Assembly: GCA_937625935.1 (NCBI GenBank)
Contig: OW569344.1
Span: 496,001-560,000 of the forward strand
Length of the DNA: 64,000 nt
DNA from: Tetramitus jugosus
Taxonomy: Eukaryota > Protista > Heterolobosea
Reading direction: 5' to 3'
In this document: positions 1 to 11,956 of the stretch, one piece after another
Position numbering within the stretch: position 1 is the stretch's first letter
Layout of the letters: every line of letters starts with the position of its first letter
Program-made: the position numbers and the translations under genes
Notes under the pieces: model-generated
What the model was told of the DNA's origin: nothing
The model's database searches: none
What the model saw: only the letters and a program-made list of their open reading frames with translations

Positions 1-1
1 T

Positions 2-3000
2 GAGCACAAACTCGTCAAGATGGGCAAGAAGATTCACCTGTATAGAGCTTCCATGAGATCTCACATATTCCTGAAAGCATTCCCTGCGAACCAAGGTGTG
101 TGGACATCTTCTACGAGTCCCTTGATTTATCTAAATCCTGCAGCCATGAGTACGAGCAAGGAAAGAATTCCTGTCGCTTCTCAATGGCAGATTCTGGATG
201 AAAAGCGTAGACCGCTAAAGATTCATTTCGACTATAGTCGTTCCCAGGGTACTGCTTTCCGTGAAGTCATGTTGTATGTTCCTTACTGGATAATGAACCA
301 TACCGAGCAACCACTGTTAATCAGAGAACTCCATGATATTTCAGCCGGCCAAGAGCAGACAAGAGCAGACAAATCTAAAGCTACACAATCCACTTCAATC
401 ACCCCAACCAAGGTGGATGAAGACGAAAAGCTTTCAATGGAACAGTACCAAAAGGATTTGTTAATGTTTTCATTCCTGTGTGATAGTCCTGAAGAGCAGG
501 CAAAACAGAGAATCGCTATTAAGGTTAATGATACTCAATACTCTGAATTTTTCAGAATTGAGAAGGTCGGTGTCAGTGGCAACTTGTCGCTGCACTCCAA
601 ATCGCAGCGATACTCCATTGGTTTCCATACTTCATTGTGTCCTGGTAAGTTTAACAGGACCAAACTTGTCACTTTCTACTCAAGATATATGATTGTCAAT
701 AAGACCGAAAAAGATCTCGTATTTAGACAATCGAACACCAAATCGGCGTACTGTGTCAAAAAGAATGAGAGAGTGCCATTTTATTGGAGAGAGCTAGACA
801 TTCTTGAACCTCGATTGCAATTCAATATTGCTGAGTCTAACCTTGATTGGTCAGCAGCGTTCCCTCTCAATACATTGGACGAAATGTCAATTAAGTTGAA
901 TGGCAGCTCTGCGAATACTACTGGTATTGCTCCACCATCTGGACATATCCTCTCTGTTAATATTACAGAAAAGCAAGGTTGTATTCTTGTTACTGTCAAA
1001 GAACCCTTGGAGCCACCATACCTCATCGACAATGAACTCGAGTGCGATGTCGTAATTAACCAACAAAACTCGACACAATATTGGAGTATTCCAAGCTCGT
1101 CGAAAGTTGCTTACGCCTGGGATAGTTTATCAGGAATGCAGAAATTAAGTTTCCAATTCTTGAACTGCCCTCCAAAAGACTTGGACATTAATGAAGTGAC
1201 TCAGAAACCAATATTCTGGCAGATGCAAAATGCAAAGGATCGATCTCAATCAAGACGAGTCAAGATAACAGTGTCTGCCCAAGGTCCGACAAGAGTTGTT
1301 CGTATCAGTGATGCAAGAAGTGCTGAAACAGAAGAGAAGGACAAGAAGAGGGATGAAGAAGAATTGACCTTCTTCCTTGACACTAAGCTCTCTGGTGTAG
1401 GTCTTTCACTGATCGATAACTACCCAAGGGAGATATGTTATGTCTCCATCAGCGATATTAGATTTAGGCAGAGTTCAAGTGAGAGTAATATGTACCTGGA
1501 GTTTAGATGCCTAGGTGTTCAGATTGATAATATGTTACGAGAGGCTGCATTCCCTGTTGCCTTTGCTCCTGTCAACAAACATACATACGGTGAGGATACC
1601 CACGACAATACGTTATCAAAACCTTTCCTGCATTTCAGTATGTGTAAGTCACTGAAAGAGAGTGATGATAGCATCAATTTGTTCAGATATCTATCATTCA
1701 ATCTGCAAGAAGCAACCATTGAAATCGACTACACATTTGTCGAGAATGTGATCAATCTCGTTGATGAGTTAAGCGCAGAAGATACCAGCAGAGTTGACTC
1801 TGTTGTGGAGAGTGTGGTGGACAAAGATATTGTATCGGTAACCGATATGCTCAAGGTAGTTGTCGATAATAGTGCTGAGAGTCATCAAAAGTACTACTTC
1901 GAGGACTTTGAACTTCATCCTGTCAGAGTCAATCTAACATTCAAGTTTACACAACTCGGACAAGATGAAATGGACGAAGATTCTCAGTCTTTGAAGGGCA
2001 GATTGTATAATATGATGAAATCTCTCGGTTTCTTGACTAATGTTGATGATGCTCCAATTTGTCTCAACGCTCTGTTGTTGAGACATCCATTACTCACAAA
2101 GGAAGCACTCCAAGATCGTATTATGAAGCATTATACTCGTTGTGGAACCTATGAACTGTATAAGATTGTCGGTTCACTAGAATTGATTGGTAATCCAGTA
2201 GGCTTGTTCAATGATTTGACAACAGGTGTCAAAGATTTATTCTATGAGCCTGCAAGTGCTCTTACAAGAAGTCCTGAAGAATTCTCTCGTGGTCTAGCCA
2301 AAGGCTCTCTCAGCTTGTTGTCCCACAGTATCCATGGTACTTTTAACACTGCTTCGAAAATCACGGGAACCATCGGCAAAGGTGTATCTATGCTCACTCT
2401 AGATGATAATTATGTGAAGAGAAGAGAACGAAGTTCTGCAAGAAAGGCAAGAGGTGTTAAAGAAGGTCTTCTTGATGGAACCGAAGCGTTGGCAAAGGGA
2501 ATTTATGAAGGAGCTGTGGGTGTAATTGCTCAACCGGTAAAGGGTGCCAAGAGTGAAGGATTCTTTGGAGCCATGAAAGGAATCGGCAAGGGCATCATCG
2601 GTCTTCCTACCAAACCAATTTCTGGTATTGTAGACTTTGCTTCAAAAACAACTGAGGGAATATCGAATATTGGAACAGTACATGTAGAACGTAAGCGTAA
2701 GACCAGAGTATTTAGAAATGATGGACTCCTCATCCTCTACAGCGAGCAAGATGCTTTTGCTGCTGATTTGATGTATGAAGTGAATGAAGGCTCCTACATG
2801 AGAAAGAGTAATCAGATGACAATACAAGCAAACATGGAGCCAGAAAGGTCGTTGTACTATATGCCAAATAGAGATGATAATTGCGTGTTCCTGATTACAA
2901 GCAGAAGTGTTCTGAAAATCAGGATCCAGAATAAGACGATTCAATGGATGGTGGACGTCAAGCAAATCAAGGCTGTGAAGAGTGGACCAAATGATGAAAT

Positions 3001-3124
3001 TATCATTACCTACAGGGAGAGTAATAAGGACGTAGAAAGAAAGATGTACTACAAAGATCCAGACTATCGCAAACGTTTCAAAGAACAACTGCTCTCCGTC
3101 CAGCAGGCTCAATTTGGAAAGTAA
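2..3124 (+). CDS. VPS13: VPS13-family lipid transfer protein, C-terminal part (VAB/SHR-BD repeats, VPS13_C/ATG2_C, PH-like end); 5' end lies outside the window
   Basis: Frame is open from position 2. Motifs LYVPYWIMNHT, PPYLIDNE, YAWD, GVGLSLID, QIDN, FELHPVRVNLTF, GSLELIGNPVGLF, GVKDLFYEP, and Gly-rich amphipathic repeats (GIGKGIIGLPTKPISG). Confidence 0.95.
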   Translation, partial: EHKLVKMGKKIHLYRASMRSHIFLKAFPANQGVWTSSTSPLIYLNPAAMSTSKERIPVASQWQILDEKRRPLKIHFDYSRSQGTAFREVMLYVPYWIMNHTEQPLLIRELHDISAGQEQTRADKSKATQSTSITPTKVDEDEKLSMEQYQKDLLMFSFLCDSPEEQAKQRIAIKVNDTQYSEFFRIEKVGVSGNLSLHSKSQRYSIGFHTSLCPGKFNRTKLVTFYSRYMIVNKTEKDLVFRQSNTKSAYCVKKNERVPFYWRELDILEPRLQFNIAESNLDWSAAFPLNTLDEMSIKLNGSSANTTGIAPPSGHILSVNITEKQGCILVTVKEPLEPPYLIDNELECDVVINQQNSTQYWSIPSSSKVAYAWDSLSGMQKLSFQFLNCPPKDLDINEVTQKPIFWQMQNAKDRSQSRRVKITVSAQGPTRVVRISDARSAETEEKDKKRDEEELTFFLDTKLSGVGLSLIDNYPREICYVSISDIRFRQSSSESNMYLEFRCLGVQIDNMLREAAFPVAFAPVNKHTYGEDTHDNTLSKPFLHFSMCKSLKESDDSINLFRYLSFNLQEATIEIDYTFVENVINLVDELSAEDTSRVDSVVESVVDKDIVSVTDMLKVVVDNSAESHQKYYFEDFELHPVRVNLTFKFTQLGQDEMDEDSQSLKGRLYNMMKSLGFLTNVDDAPICLNALLLRHPLLTKEALQDRIMKHYTRCGTYELYKIVGSLELIGNPVGLFNDLTTGVKDLFYEPASALTRSPEEFSRGLAKGSLSLLSHSIHGTFNTASKITGTIGKGVSMLTLDDNYVKRRERSSARKARGVKEGLLDGTEALAKGIYEGAVGVIAQPVKGAKSEGFFGAMKGIGKGIIGLPTKPISGIVDFASKTTEGISNIGTVHVERKRKTRVFRNDGLLILYSEQDAFAADLMYEVNEGSYMRKSNQMTIQANMEPERSLYYMPNRDDNCVFLITSRSVLKIRIQNKTIQWMVDVKQIKAVKSGPNDEIIITYRESNKDVERKMYYKDPDYRKRFKEQLLSVQQAQFGK

Positions 3125-3133
3125 ACTAATTAT

Positions 3134-6100
3134 TTAATTGTTCAGAAGATCACTCTTAATCTTGTTCACCATCTTACTCATTGCATCTTCGCCCTTGCCA
3201 GCAGATGTGATCGTTTGTCCCTTCTTCTGGCTGGCCTGATTCTTCTTTTGATTTTTGAGTTGTTCGGCCTTCGTTGCCTGAATACACTTGTCGAACTTTA
3301 GGAGGAATTCAGAGATTATGCCAAAAAACTCAGTGGTTTCAGTCTTCTCAATTTCTTGATCCTTGTATGCGTAATACTTCAGCAATGCATGATATTCCTT
3401 CTTAACAGCGGCGAGTCCTAGTTCAATCTGATCACACTTCTTTCTCGAATCGTTGTAAAATTGAGTAGCAATCTTCATGAATGGATCGTCATCGTCCACG
3501 TGTTCCTTTACCTTTTTTACCTGGGCTTTAAACTTATTGAATCCAGCCGCTATTGTTCCAATTCCCTTTGTCAAACTGTCCAAACTTGTCCCCTTAATTT
3601 CATGAACAATTTTGAGATCATCAGACATATTGACTAGATCTGGTCTGGAGGAGACAGCAGTATCAATGGCGTATTGCAATAAGCTGATTTTGTTTGTCTT
3701 GTCCTTTGTTGCATCAATCTTTGGCAACACTTTTAAGTGAAAACCATCGGCTTGTCCTTTCGGCGTATCTCCATTGAGATAATTACCCATAGACAGTAGA
3801 TAGCCGAGCAAGTACGGAAAGTCTTTGTTATTCTTGATCAACTCGATAGCCTTTTTCATGGAATCTAATGGTGATATCATCGTGGAAACATTATTCTCAA
3901 ATTCGTGCATAAACACCCAGCAATCTAGTCTGGTCGCGAATTCAGGTATAGTAATAATCATAAGCATGTACTTCTCGGCCTCCGTGAAATTCTTCATTGG
4001 TTTGTTCTTGTACTTGTCCTTGAATTCTTTCATATCTTCGTTGGTAGGCATATTTTGGATGATGATATCAATTTGATCTTTTGAAAGAGACTTACTATCA
4101 AGCTCAAGAATAGCCTGTTGAAGTTTGGCAGGTTTAGGTAATTTCCTCAACATAATAGATAGATTTTGAAATAACTTTGCATCAATAAGAGGGGCATTTT
4201 CAGGAGCTACCTCTTTCTTTTCAACTCTTTTCGCAGTAGGTGGAGCCTCTCTCTTAGCAAACATACTCTCAAACTCCTTCATATCAAACTCTCCCTCCTT
4301 GACTCCTGTCCATATTGTCCCTGCGCCTTGGGGTGTGTTTGTTAAGATTCTATCCCAAAACAAACCCTTCATCTTTCTCTGCGGTACGATCTTGGGTTTT
4401 GTAGGTTGTCCTGGTCCTCCAAACCCTCCTGGCCTGAATCCGCCCATCATAGGTGGAGGCATTCCGCCCATCATCGGTGGAGGCATTCCGCCCATCATCG
4501 GTGGAGGTGGCATTCCACCGCCCATCATAGGAGGTGGAGGAGGTCCACTCATCATAGGAGGAAGCATGCCACCCATCATTGGAGGTGGTGGTGGAGGCAT
4601 ACCGCTCATTGGGGGTGGTGAAGACATGATGCCACCCATGGGAGGAGGTGGAGGAGGTAGGCCACTCATCATAGGAGGTAGTGGAGGCATAATACTGCCC
4701 ATCATTGGAGATGGCGGAGGCATACCAGCCATTGGTGTTGGTGGAGGAATACTACCAGTAATTGGGGAGAGTAGAGGCATGCCACTTATCGGAGGAGGTA
4801 TTCCACTACCATTCATAGGTGGTGGAGGAGGTATGTTTCCACCCATTGGTGGAGGAGGTATTGCACCGATAATCATACCATTACTTGAAGAAGGTACTGT
4901 ACCTCCAATTATTATTGGAGGTGGGGGTGATGATGTACTTGATGGTGAGGATACACTCACTTCGGGTGCCATAGTAATGTTTGTTGTCTTGTTGCTACCG
5001 ATTTGTTGATTTGTTGGAGTCTTAGTAGCTGGCTCTGTTGTGACTTGAGACCCAGTCATTGGTGGAATAAAGTCGTCACCATCAAAATCGGGTGGTGGAG
5101 GCGGAGGTACATAGTCATCCTCTTCATGTACGAAATGAGCTTGTCTCTCAAGTCGCTCTTGCAATTCCTTCACTTTATCTCTCAATTTTTGCATTTCTAA
5201 CGTGATCTCAGGACTAATCCTCTCATCTTTCCCTTCTTCCTCATCGTCTGAACTGTCAAATGGATCGCTTGGCTTTATAGACTGTTTACGTTGGACAACA
5301 GTTGGCTTTCTTGATGGTATTAAATTATTGAACTCCCGGTTGCTCATAAACCGATGTACAAGTTCTCTTCTTGTTTTCTGTAACATTTCATACTCACTTG
5401 ATAACTCTAGTTCCATCTTATCATACATGCTCAGATCGATGACCTCCCCTGCGATTAGATCACCTGACCTGTCTCCTATCCTTGATGTTGGATAGCTTTT
5501 TGGAAGGTATCCACACTGTATTGACATCATTTCCAGGGTTTCATGACACCTACTCAACTCAGCTCTCATCAACTTAATGAGTGGCTGCTGTCTCTGGTAT
5601 TCAAATAATTTTTCTTGAGTTTGTTCATACTTTACTGTCATTCGCTCCCATTCCTTCTTGTACTTTTCAGATTCATACCACGACCGAGGAATTGAATAAT
5701 TTGAAATCTTTTGCAATATATGAAGCTGGTCCTTAATCGCTGGATATTCAGATTCATTTAATCCCTTCAAAATAGGTCTCAACTCTACTTTTTCCCATTG
5801 GAAAATTAACTTCTTTTTCTTTTCCTCTGTTTTGCTCTTACTCAGCATAATATTCATGACAGCAAGGGTATTTACTTGTACATCAAGATCTCCACTTCGT
5901 AACAAGTGCATAAAGTTCTCATATGGCTCCTTTGTTTTAGTCTTGGAAATGGACTCTTTGGCCGCTTCCTTGACTAAAGCGAGACCATTCTCAAGATAAC
6001 TTACGAATACAAGTAGCAATTCGAGCGCATTTTTGTAAATTGTTAAACCATACTCTTGTGTGGTATCTGTCAGATTATAGATCTCTCCAACAATTCTTGG

Positions 6101-6674
6101 AGAATCAGAAATAACATTCATTGCACTGACATAAACAAGAGCTGCTCTCAACCCAGCGAGACAGTATGCCTGTAAATTTCCTTTGGACCGATTGATAAAA
6201 GTTGACAAGATAGCTATACCATCATTCTCAATGAACTCTTCTGCGAATGAAGGATCTTGCATGGTATCTTTCAATTTAAACAACACTTTTCCTTGGGCAA
6301 CCTTGTCATTGTCGTGAATCACTTCAATAATCTCTCTTGCTTGTATTGCCGGTTTTAATTTGAGAAAGACATCAACTCTCTTGAAATCATGATGTTTGTT
6401 AATACCACTCACAACTCTAAAACACAGTATGTTAAAATGAATTACTCACACTTTCACTTCCAAAAGTAGTCTCTGTTATTTTGCTGGTTGTATCGATGTA
6501 CTCCCCAGAGAAACTGTGGAGTTGTAGTGCATGCTTTTCTCTTCTGATCTCTGGTATCTCAAATAGCTTACAGATCTCTTGGAATTGAGATGGAAAGTCA
6601 ACAGACATATCGTAGTCAAACTTCTTTGAAGTTGTCTGAAGACCTTCAACAAATTGAATGTTGAGATGCAACAT
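3134..6674 (-). CDS. FHOD-type formin (N-terminal GBD/FH3, polyproline FH1, FH2); two exons with a short intron near 6415-6451
   Basis: FH2 motifs MKGLFWDRI, NLSIMLRKLP, GNYLNG..GQADGF; long poly-Pro FH1. The upstream ORF (6432-6689) carries KHALQL..GEYID, like the FHOD N-terminal domain. Exact splice junction and start codon are uncertain. Confidence 0.9.
4420..4930 (-). repeat. FH1-coding imperfect tandem repeats (core 24-nt unit ccgcccatcatcggtggaggcatt at 4440-4507; encodes MPPPMMGG)
   Basis: Directly visible tandem units. Confidence 0.9.
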
Positions 6675-7792
6675 GATATAGAGATACAAGTTTCAACTCC
6701 ACCACAAACACAATCGTTTTTGTTGTCTATCGGATTTTATGGTTGTTGGGGCGACTGAGGACATCGTAAATTGTCGGGCTATTGGAGGGTATTTACCGGT
6801 CTGGTTACGGCTTGAATGACAAAAAATTTCAATGGATGCTTGCGACGTCATATGGTTGTCAGGTTGGTTATGAACCACTAAAGAGAACTGTTCACGCGTT
6901 CTGGGTATTACTGTCCAGACTGAATAAAGCCTTGTTTTATTCTGTCAGAGGTGATGGTTATACCTGAAGCAATTCATCATTGTTCTGTGTTTGATCAATC
7001 AGCTCGTTGCTCATCTCATCAAAAGATCCACCGCCAGATTCGTCATCAGACTCACCAAGCGATTCCATATCAGACTCCACCGGAGAGCTCACTATATACA
7101 GAATGCTCGTCATTAGGCTGACTCACAAACTCACCAATATTTCCAAGTTCATTTCCGTCCTTTGATACTGGGGAGTGCCAGCAACAGTTCATCAATATCT
7201 GAGCGATCCTCTCGGAGCAGAGTTGCCCTTTTCATAATCTCGGCCATGTTATCCGATGTGAGAGGGGTAATTGTGTCGTTGGCTCAGTAAAGCAAACACT
7301 CTTGTATCCAAGAAAGGATAGAAGCTACATCATAGCACACATACTTGCCAGAGGATCCTTCAATCTTAAGATAGACACCTTGCCTCTTCTAGTGGTTCGT
7401 GTGAAATTGGATCGTCCTCTTTCCAGTTGATCGTGTTGCTCTCAGTTGCTCTGTTTGGTTTCTGTATGAAAGTACGTCGAATGTGGCGGAATGTTTACTT
7501 GCCAGATATGAGTATCCTTTCGGTAACATTCAAGATCGGACTTGTATATCACGATGTCAATTGCACCAATACAACCATTTTTGCTTTCAGGTCCGGAAAT
7601 TGCATAACTACCGGTGCTTCCACCATGGTGACAATTTCACAACACAAGACCATAGACCATTGCCATTCTTTGCTTTGCGAGTCGAAATTTTTCTTTTTTC
7701 CCCGCCATTGAAAGTTCAAGCAAATCGAGAGTCAACTCTGCATTACAACAAAAGCACGACAAAATCACGCAACTGTCATCAACACACGAGAA

Positions 7793-8382
7793 ATGTTCTA
7801 TACACACCCAGCCAAAGTTCTAGCTTTTGCAGCCACCTTCCTAGGTGTTACATACATGGCCGCTGCTCCTCCAAGAGAGTATGCAACCTTGATCACCAAG
7901 CACGACGAACAACTCATCCGTGAAAGTAATTATCGATTACATCAAATATTTTGTCTTTTGTTTTTTGTGATCATCTTTTGACATTGTTGTTTTTTCATGA
8001 AATTGTTTAGCCGCTCTTGAAGTCCAAAAGGCTGTTGATGCCAGCAAGACTGTTGAGGAAAACAAGGCTTCCATCTGTTCCCAATTCACTGGTGACAAGC
8101 AAACTGATGTATGTATTGGTTCACTCTTTTTTACTATTCTTCATGTCTGTGAAAGGAGTGTCGTATATTCACACAATATTCTTTTTTTTCGTAATCCTTT
8201 TAATAACACGACAGTGCGAGTCTTTGCTTAACGAGCTTTTCAACGATTTTTCAAAGAACGTGAAGGCCGGAAGTACCGAACAATTACCAAAGAATTTTGA
8301 TGTTGTCAAAGTGTTTGCTAGAAGAGTCGCTAAGAACACTCCAGCTGAGCAGCTTTTGAAACAAAACGCTCATCATCATTAA
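7793..8382 (+). CDS. Small three-exon protein of unknown function (132 aa; N-terminal hydrophobic segment; exons 7793-7925, 8011-8108, 8215-8382)
   Basis: GT..AG introns 7926-8010 and 8109-8214 join three segments in frame. Codon choice (aag, gct, gtc) resembles the RPS13 gene. Confidence 0.75.
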
Positions 8383-8591
8383 ATTTGTAAACATTAATAT
8401 GTGATTGATAAAATTTCGGGTATTCCATTGAATGAGTAACTGGACACTATCTATTATATTTATATTTCCGTTGTGTACCATTGAATGTTGGTAGCAGATA
8501 CGAAATTTGTCACAAAGAGTTTGGGAAATGATAAAAGTACTCGGAACTACATGGTTTAAGAGTCATATTGTGTCACTGTGAATGAACTGTT

Positions 8592-9494
8592 TTATTTTTT
8601 ACGGTAGACAGCCATGTATTTTGACTTGTTCTGATCAGAAGTACGTTGTCCGTCTTCGGATGCATTTTGAATGTAAGGAATCATGACATCGTCCTTCAAG
8701 TCTTCGTCTGGTACTCTCTCAAACATTGGTGATTCATTCAAATGCTTTTGCATCCAATCGCCCAACTCTTGAACATCTGTTATAGTGTAGATCATGCCAC
8801 CCTTCTTGAGCAGGTAAGCGTACTCTGAGATGAGTGTTGGAGAAATGATTCTTCTTCTGTAATTCTTTTTCTTGAAGTGAGGATCTGGGAACATGAATGA
8901 AATCTTTTCCAGTTGTCCCTTCTTGAAGTAACATGGCAAATATTTCATTGCATTTGATCGAATGGCCCACACATTGTTATAATTATGAGTGTCATCACGC
9001 TTGGTCAATTGCTTCACTTGCTCTTGATCGACATTACCAGTGCTAGTGTACATGGCAATCGAGTCGTCCTTTGTTCTCAATTTCACAATTCTCTCCTGTG
9101 TGTAATCCACAACCTTCTTACGAATTTCAATTCCAAGAATTCGGTGTTCCTTATGAAGTGGTGCAACACTGCAAATCAATCCACCATACGCACATCCAAC
9201 ATCCAGAATCGTAACAGCATCCTTGGAGGCATCCCAATCAGGGTACATTTCACTCCAGTTGACCTCTGATGGTTCAGCTGGGTGCTCATAAGTCTCATCA
9301 GCCAATGGATTACAATGAGCACGGACTCTCTTTGGGAAACGAGTAAACTTTTGAAGTTTGCGAAGTTTGTGCTTTGATTGCTTGTCTTCCTGGTCATTGT
9401 TTACATCTTCATTGTTCACCTCTTCGTTAATGCCATTGTCAACAGTAGATGTTTGTGGAGTGGTAGTTGATTCTTCTTCGATTCTTCTCTTCAT
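8592..9494 (-). CDS. TRM8: tRNA (guanine-N7)-methyltransferase catalytic subunit (Trm8/METTL1)
   Basis: RAHCNPL, LDVGCAYGG, LGIEIR, RSNAMKYLP, FPDPHFKKKN, YTITDV motifs. Confidence 0.96.
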   Translation of the reverse strand: MKRRIEEESTTTPQTSTVDNGINEEVNNEDVNNDQEDKQSKHKLRKLQKFTRFPKRVRAHCNPLADETYEHPAEPSEVNWSEMYPDWDASKDAVTILDVGCAYGGLICSVAPLHKEHRILGIEIRKKVVDYTQERIVKLRTKDDSIAMYTSTGNVDQEQVKQLTKRDDTHNYNNVWAIRSNAMKYLPCYFKKGQLEKISFMFPDPHFKKKNYRRRIISPTLISEYAYLLKKGGMIYTITDVQELGDWMQKHLNESPMFERVPDEDLKDDVMIPYIQNASEDGQRTSDQNKSKYMAVYRKK

Positions 9495-9743
9495 GATTTT
9501 GTTGTCGTCGTTATTGTTGCAAATTTGATGTTGAAGATGTGCGTTTTGGTTTTTGTGGGGTGATGATTCTGCTGTGTGAAAAGTCCGCGTTCTTCACTTC
9601 GTCAAACAAATTGAAGACCATCTTCTCCGACTTCCAGTTGTTAACGGAAAAAGAGAGAAAATCTGTGATTGATAAAAGCGCGACACAAGGTTCACATGAA
9701 ATAACACGACAACAGCAGCACAACAGCAGCACACAGCCAAACC

Positions 9744-11948
9744 ATGTCATCTGACCAGAGCAGCAATGCCACTCCGACTAATACTACTACTACCAACAAC
9801 AACAACAACAACAACAATAGCAAAAAGCGTAAAAACATGAATGATAACAACACGAAAAACAATCGAACGTTGATGGACTATTGGGCCAAAAAGTATCATC
9901 AGAGCAGAGAATTAGAAATCAAATCATTGATGATGATGGATTCTACCACTTCTTCCTCTTCCTCGTCATCATCCTCAACATCAGATGAAAAGAGACCCAA
10001 ATTCAATGATTTACTCCTCACAAACAACAATAACAAGCATAATAACAAGTATAATGATAGCAGTAGCAATAGTAAGAATCCAATCGAAGTTGATGAAGAC
10101 ATTTCCATTGTCGATGATCATCCCATTGGAGTTTCATCCTCTAATCAAGATTACAACAAGTGGCACAAGAAATCAAACAAAATTCAACCCAACAACAACA
10201 ATACCAACAATACCAACAATGCTAATACTAATACTAATAATAATACTAATAATACTAATAGTGATGATCGATGGGACTCGAAACATGTAAAATTACCTTG
10301 TTCTTCACACAATACTTTTCTAGTCACTTCTCCCTATCATTCATCTGGAAACTCACTCACCAAATCAACCTCGAAATCAAAGTGGTACCTCATTCAGACA
10401 CTGCTCAAACAACCAATATCCAACGTGTATGAACTGCAAGATCTCATTCAATCCATGAAGAATTGTGGCAATAGTGGACAACAGACATCAATGGACATGA
10501 CCATGTTGTTTGATTTCTTTCAATCGTATATTCCGAGAGAGAGTCGAGATGAGTTTTTTGCGAGGATTTTGCCCTGGATGCAAAAAATGGCACTTCGATT
10601 GCCAGATTTATTGCCCCGTTCCGTACCATTGCTCAAGAAACAGAGAGAATCGAGTGTGGAGTTGACTGCAGAGCAAGTGGCGTGTCTCATGTGTCATGCA
10701 TTCTTTTGTACGTTTCCACGAAGAGACAAATTGAACAATAGAAGAGATCACGAGTACTTTACGTTCCCAAACATTAATTTTACAGAGTTGTATCGTGGAA
10801 CGAGATCGGTGGATACGGAGAAGATGATGGCAGCCAAATTGCAGACTATTGTCCAATATTTTGATCATGTTTCGCGGCACGAGAGTGAACTGAGTGCGAG
10901 AACCATTGGATTTCATCGTCGTGTAATTGCACTGTACAATGGATCGAAGAGTAAATCGACAGAGTATCAACAAGTGCTAGACTACAAGGATGGCGATAGT
11001 GAAAAAGAGGATGATGAAACAGAAGAGGAGAACCCCATATTGACCATGTGGAAGAATAGCACTGAAAAATTGATCAGTTGCAAGGTTTCCCTGGATGGAA
11101 CCATCGAAGATGAGTTGAATTCGAGTCAAGTCGATTTTGCAAACAAGTTTATCGGTGGAGGAGTCATTGGAAGGGGCTGTGTTCAGGAAGAGATTCGATT
11201 CTTGATCAACACAGAATGTATCATATCGAGACTATTTACAGAGGAGTTTGATGACAATGAGTGCATGATTATTCGCGGTGCCAGGCGGTTCAGTAAGTAT
11301 ACGGGATATGCAGACACGTATCGATTCGATGGACCATACGATGGACCAGTGTCAGACAAGGAAGAGATTGTGTGCATTGACGCGTTGAACTTTGTTGATC
11401 GAACCATGTTTCGGTCAACCACAGATCAGTATAAACCTGAGTGGATACAGCGAGAGTTGAATAAGGCCTATTGCTCATTCCAGAAGCTATCGTATGACGC
11501 TTACAATCATGATATGAAGATTGCAACGGGGCATTGGGGAGGAGGAGCATTCAGTGGTGATCGTGAACTCAAGGCTATCATTCAACTCATGGCCGCTTCG
11601 CAAGCCAAACGAGAGGCAGTGTCCTATTTTGCTTATGCCGACGAAGATTTTGTGAAAAAGTTTGATCCCATGTACAGTAACTTGGTCTGCATTGAGGCAA
11701 CAGTAGGCGAGCTGTACACATGCTTAATGGAATATCGAGCTAAGAGAGTGCAAGCCAGACAAAAACAAAAGTCAATAGGCATCATTGGTCGAGTGCCATC
11801 AGTATTGGATTTTGTGTTTGGTTGGTTTGTTGCTGAAACCAACGATCCCTTTGATGAGATACCTCCAACAGAGCCACTCACACAGCCAGAGACAATCTTG
11901 GACACCAGCACAACTGAAAATGCAGAAACAATCCATGAAAAACTATAA
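9744..11948 (+). CDS. PARG: Poly(ADP-ribose) glycohydrolase
   Basis: WDSKHVKLP, AFFCTFP, QVDFANKFIGGGVIGRGCVQEEIRF (GGG-x6-QEE signature), FSKYTGY, RELNKAYC, ATGHWGGGAFSGD. Asn-rich N-terminus. Confidence 0.97.
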   Translation: MSSDQSSNATPTNTTTTNNNNNNNNSKKRKNMNDNNTKNNRTLMDYWAKKYHQSRELEIKSLMMMDSTTSSSSSSSSSTSDEKRPKFNDLLLTNNNNKHNNKYNDSSSNSKNPIEVDEDISIVDDHPIGVSSSNQDYNKWHKKSNKIQPNNNNTNNTNNANTNTNNNTNNTNSDDRWDSKHVKLPCSSHNTFLVTSPYHSSGNSLTKSTSKSKWYLIQTLLKQPISNVYELQDLIQSMKNCGNSGQQTSMDMTMLFDFFQSYIPRESRDEFFARILPWMQKMALRLPDLLPRSVPLLKKQRESSVELTAEQVACLMCHAFFCTFPRRDKLNNRRDHEYFTFPNINFTELYRGTRSVDTEKMMAAKLQTIVQYFDHVSRHESELSARTIGFHRRVIALYNGSKSKSTEYQQVLDYKDGDSEKEDDETEEENPILTMWKNSTEKLISCKVSLDGTIEDELNSSQVDFANKFIGGGVIGRGCVQEEIRFLINTECIISRLFTEEFDDNECMIIRGARRFSKYTGYADTYRFDGPYDGPVSDKEEIVCIDALNFVDRTMFRSTTDQYKPEWIQRELNKAYCSFQKLSYDAYNHDMKIATGHWGGGAFSGDRELKAIIQLMAASQAKREAVSYFAYADEDFVKKFDPMYSNLVCIEATVGELYTCLMEYRAKRVQARQKQKSIGIIGRVPSVLDFVFGWFVAETNDPFDEIPPTEPLTQPETILDTSTTENAETIHEKL
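9794..9817 (+). repeat. (AAC)n coding microsatellite (poly-Asn)
   Basis: Directly visible. Similar tracts occur at about 10190-10260 and 61298-61333. Confidence 0.85.
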
Positions 11949-11956
11949 ATTTTTAT

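Noticed and set aside
4299-5009. 236-aa Gly/Ile/Pro-rich ORF on the + strand
   Set aside because: Antisense shadow of the formin FH1 repeats.
6780-7450. Coding-like acidic stretch and intron-like sequence on the - strand near 6960-7250
   Set aside because: No consistent gene model could be built and no family was recognised.
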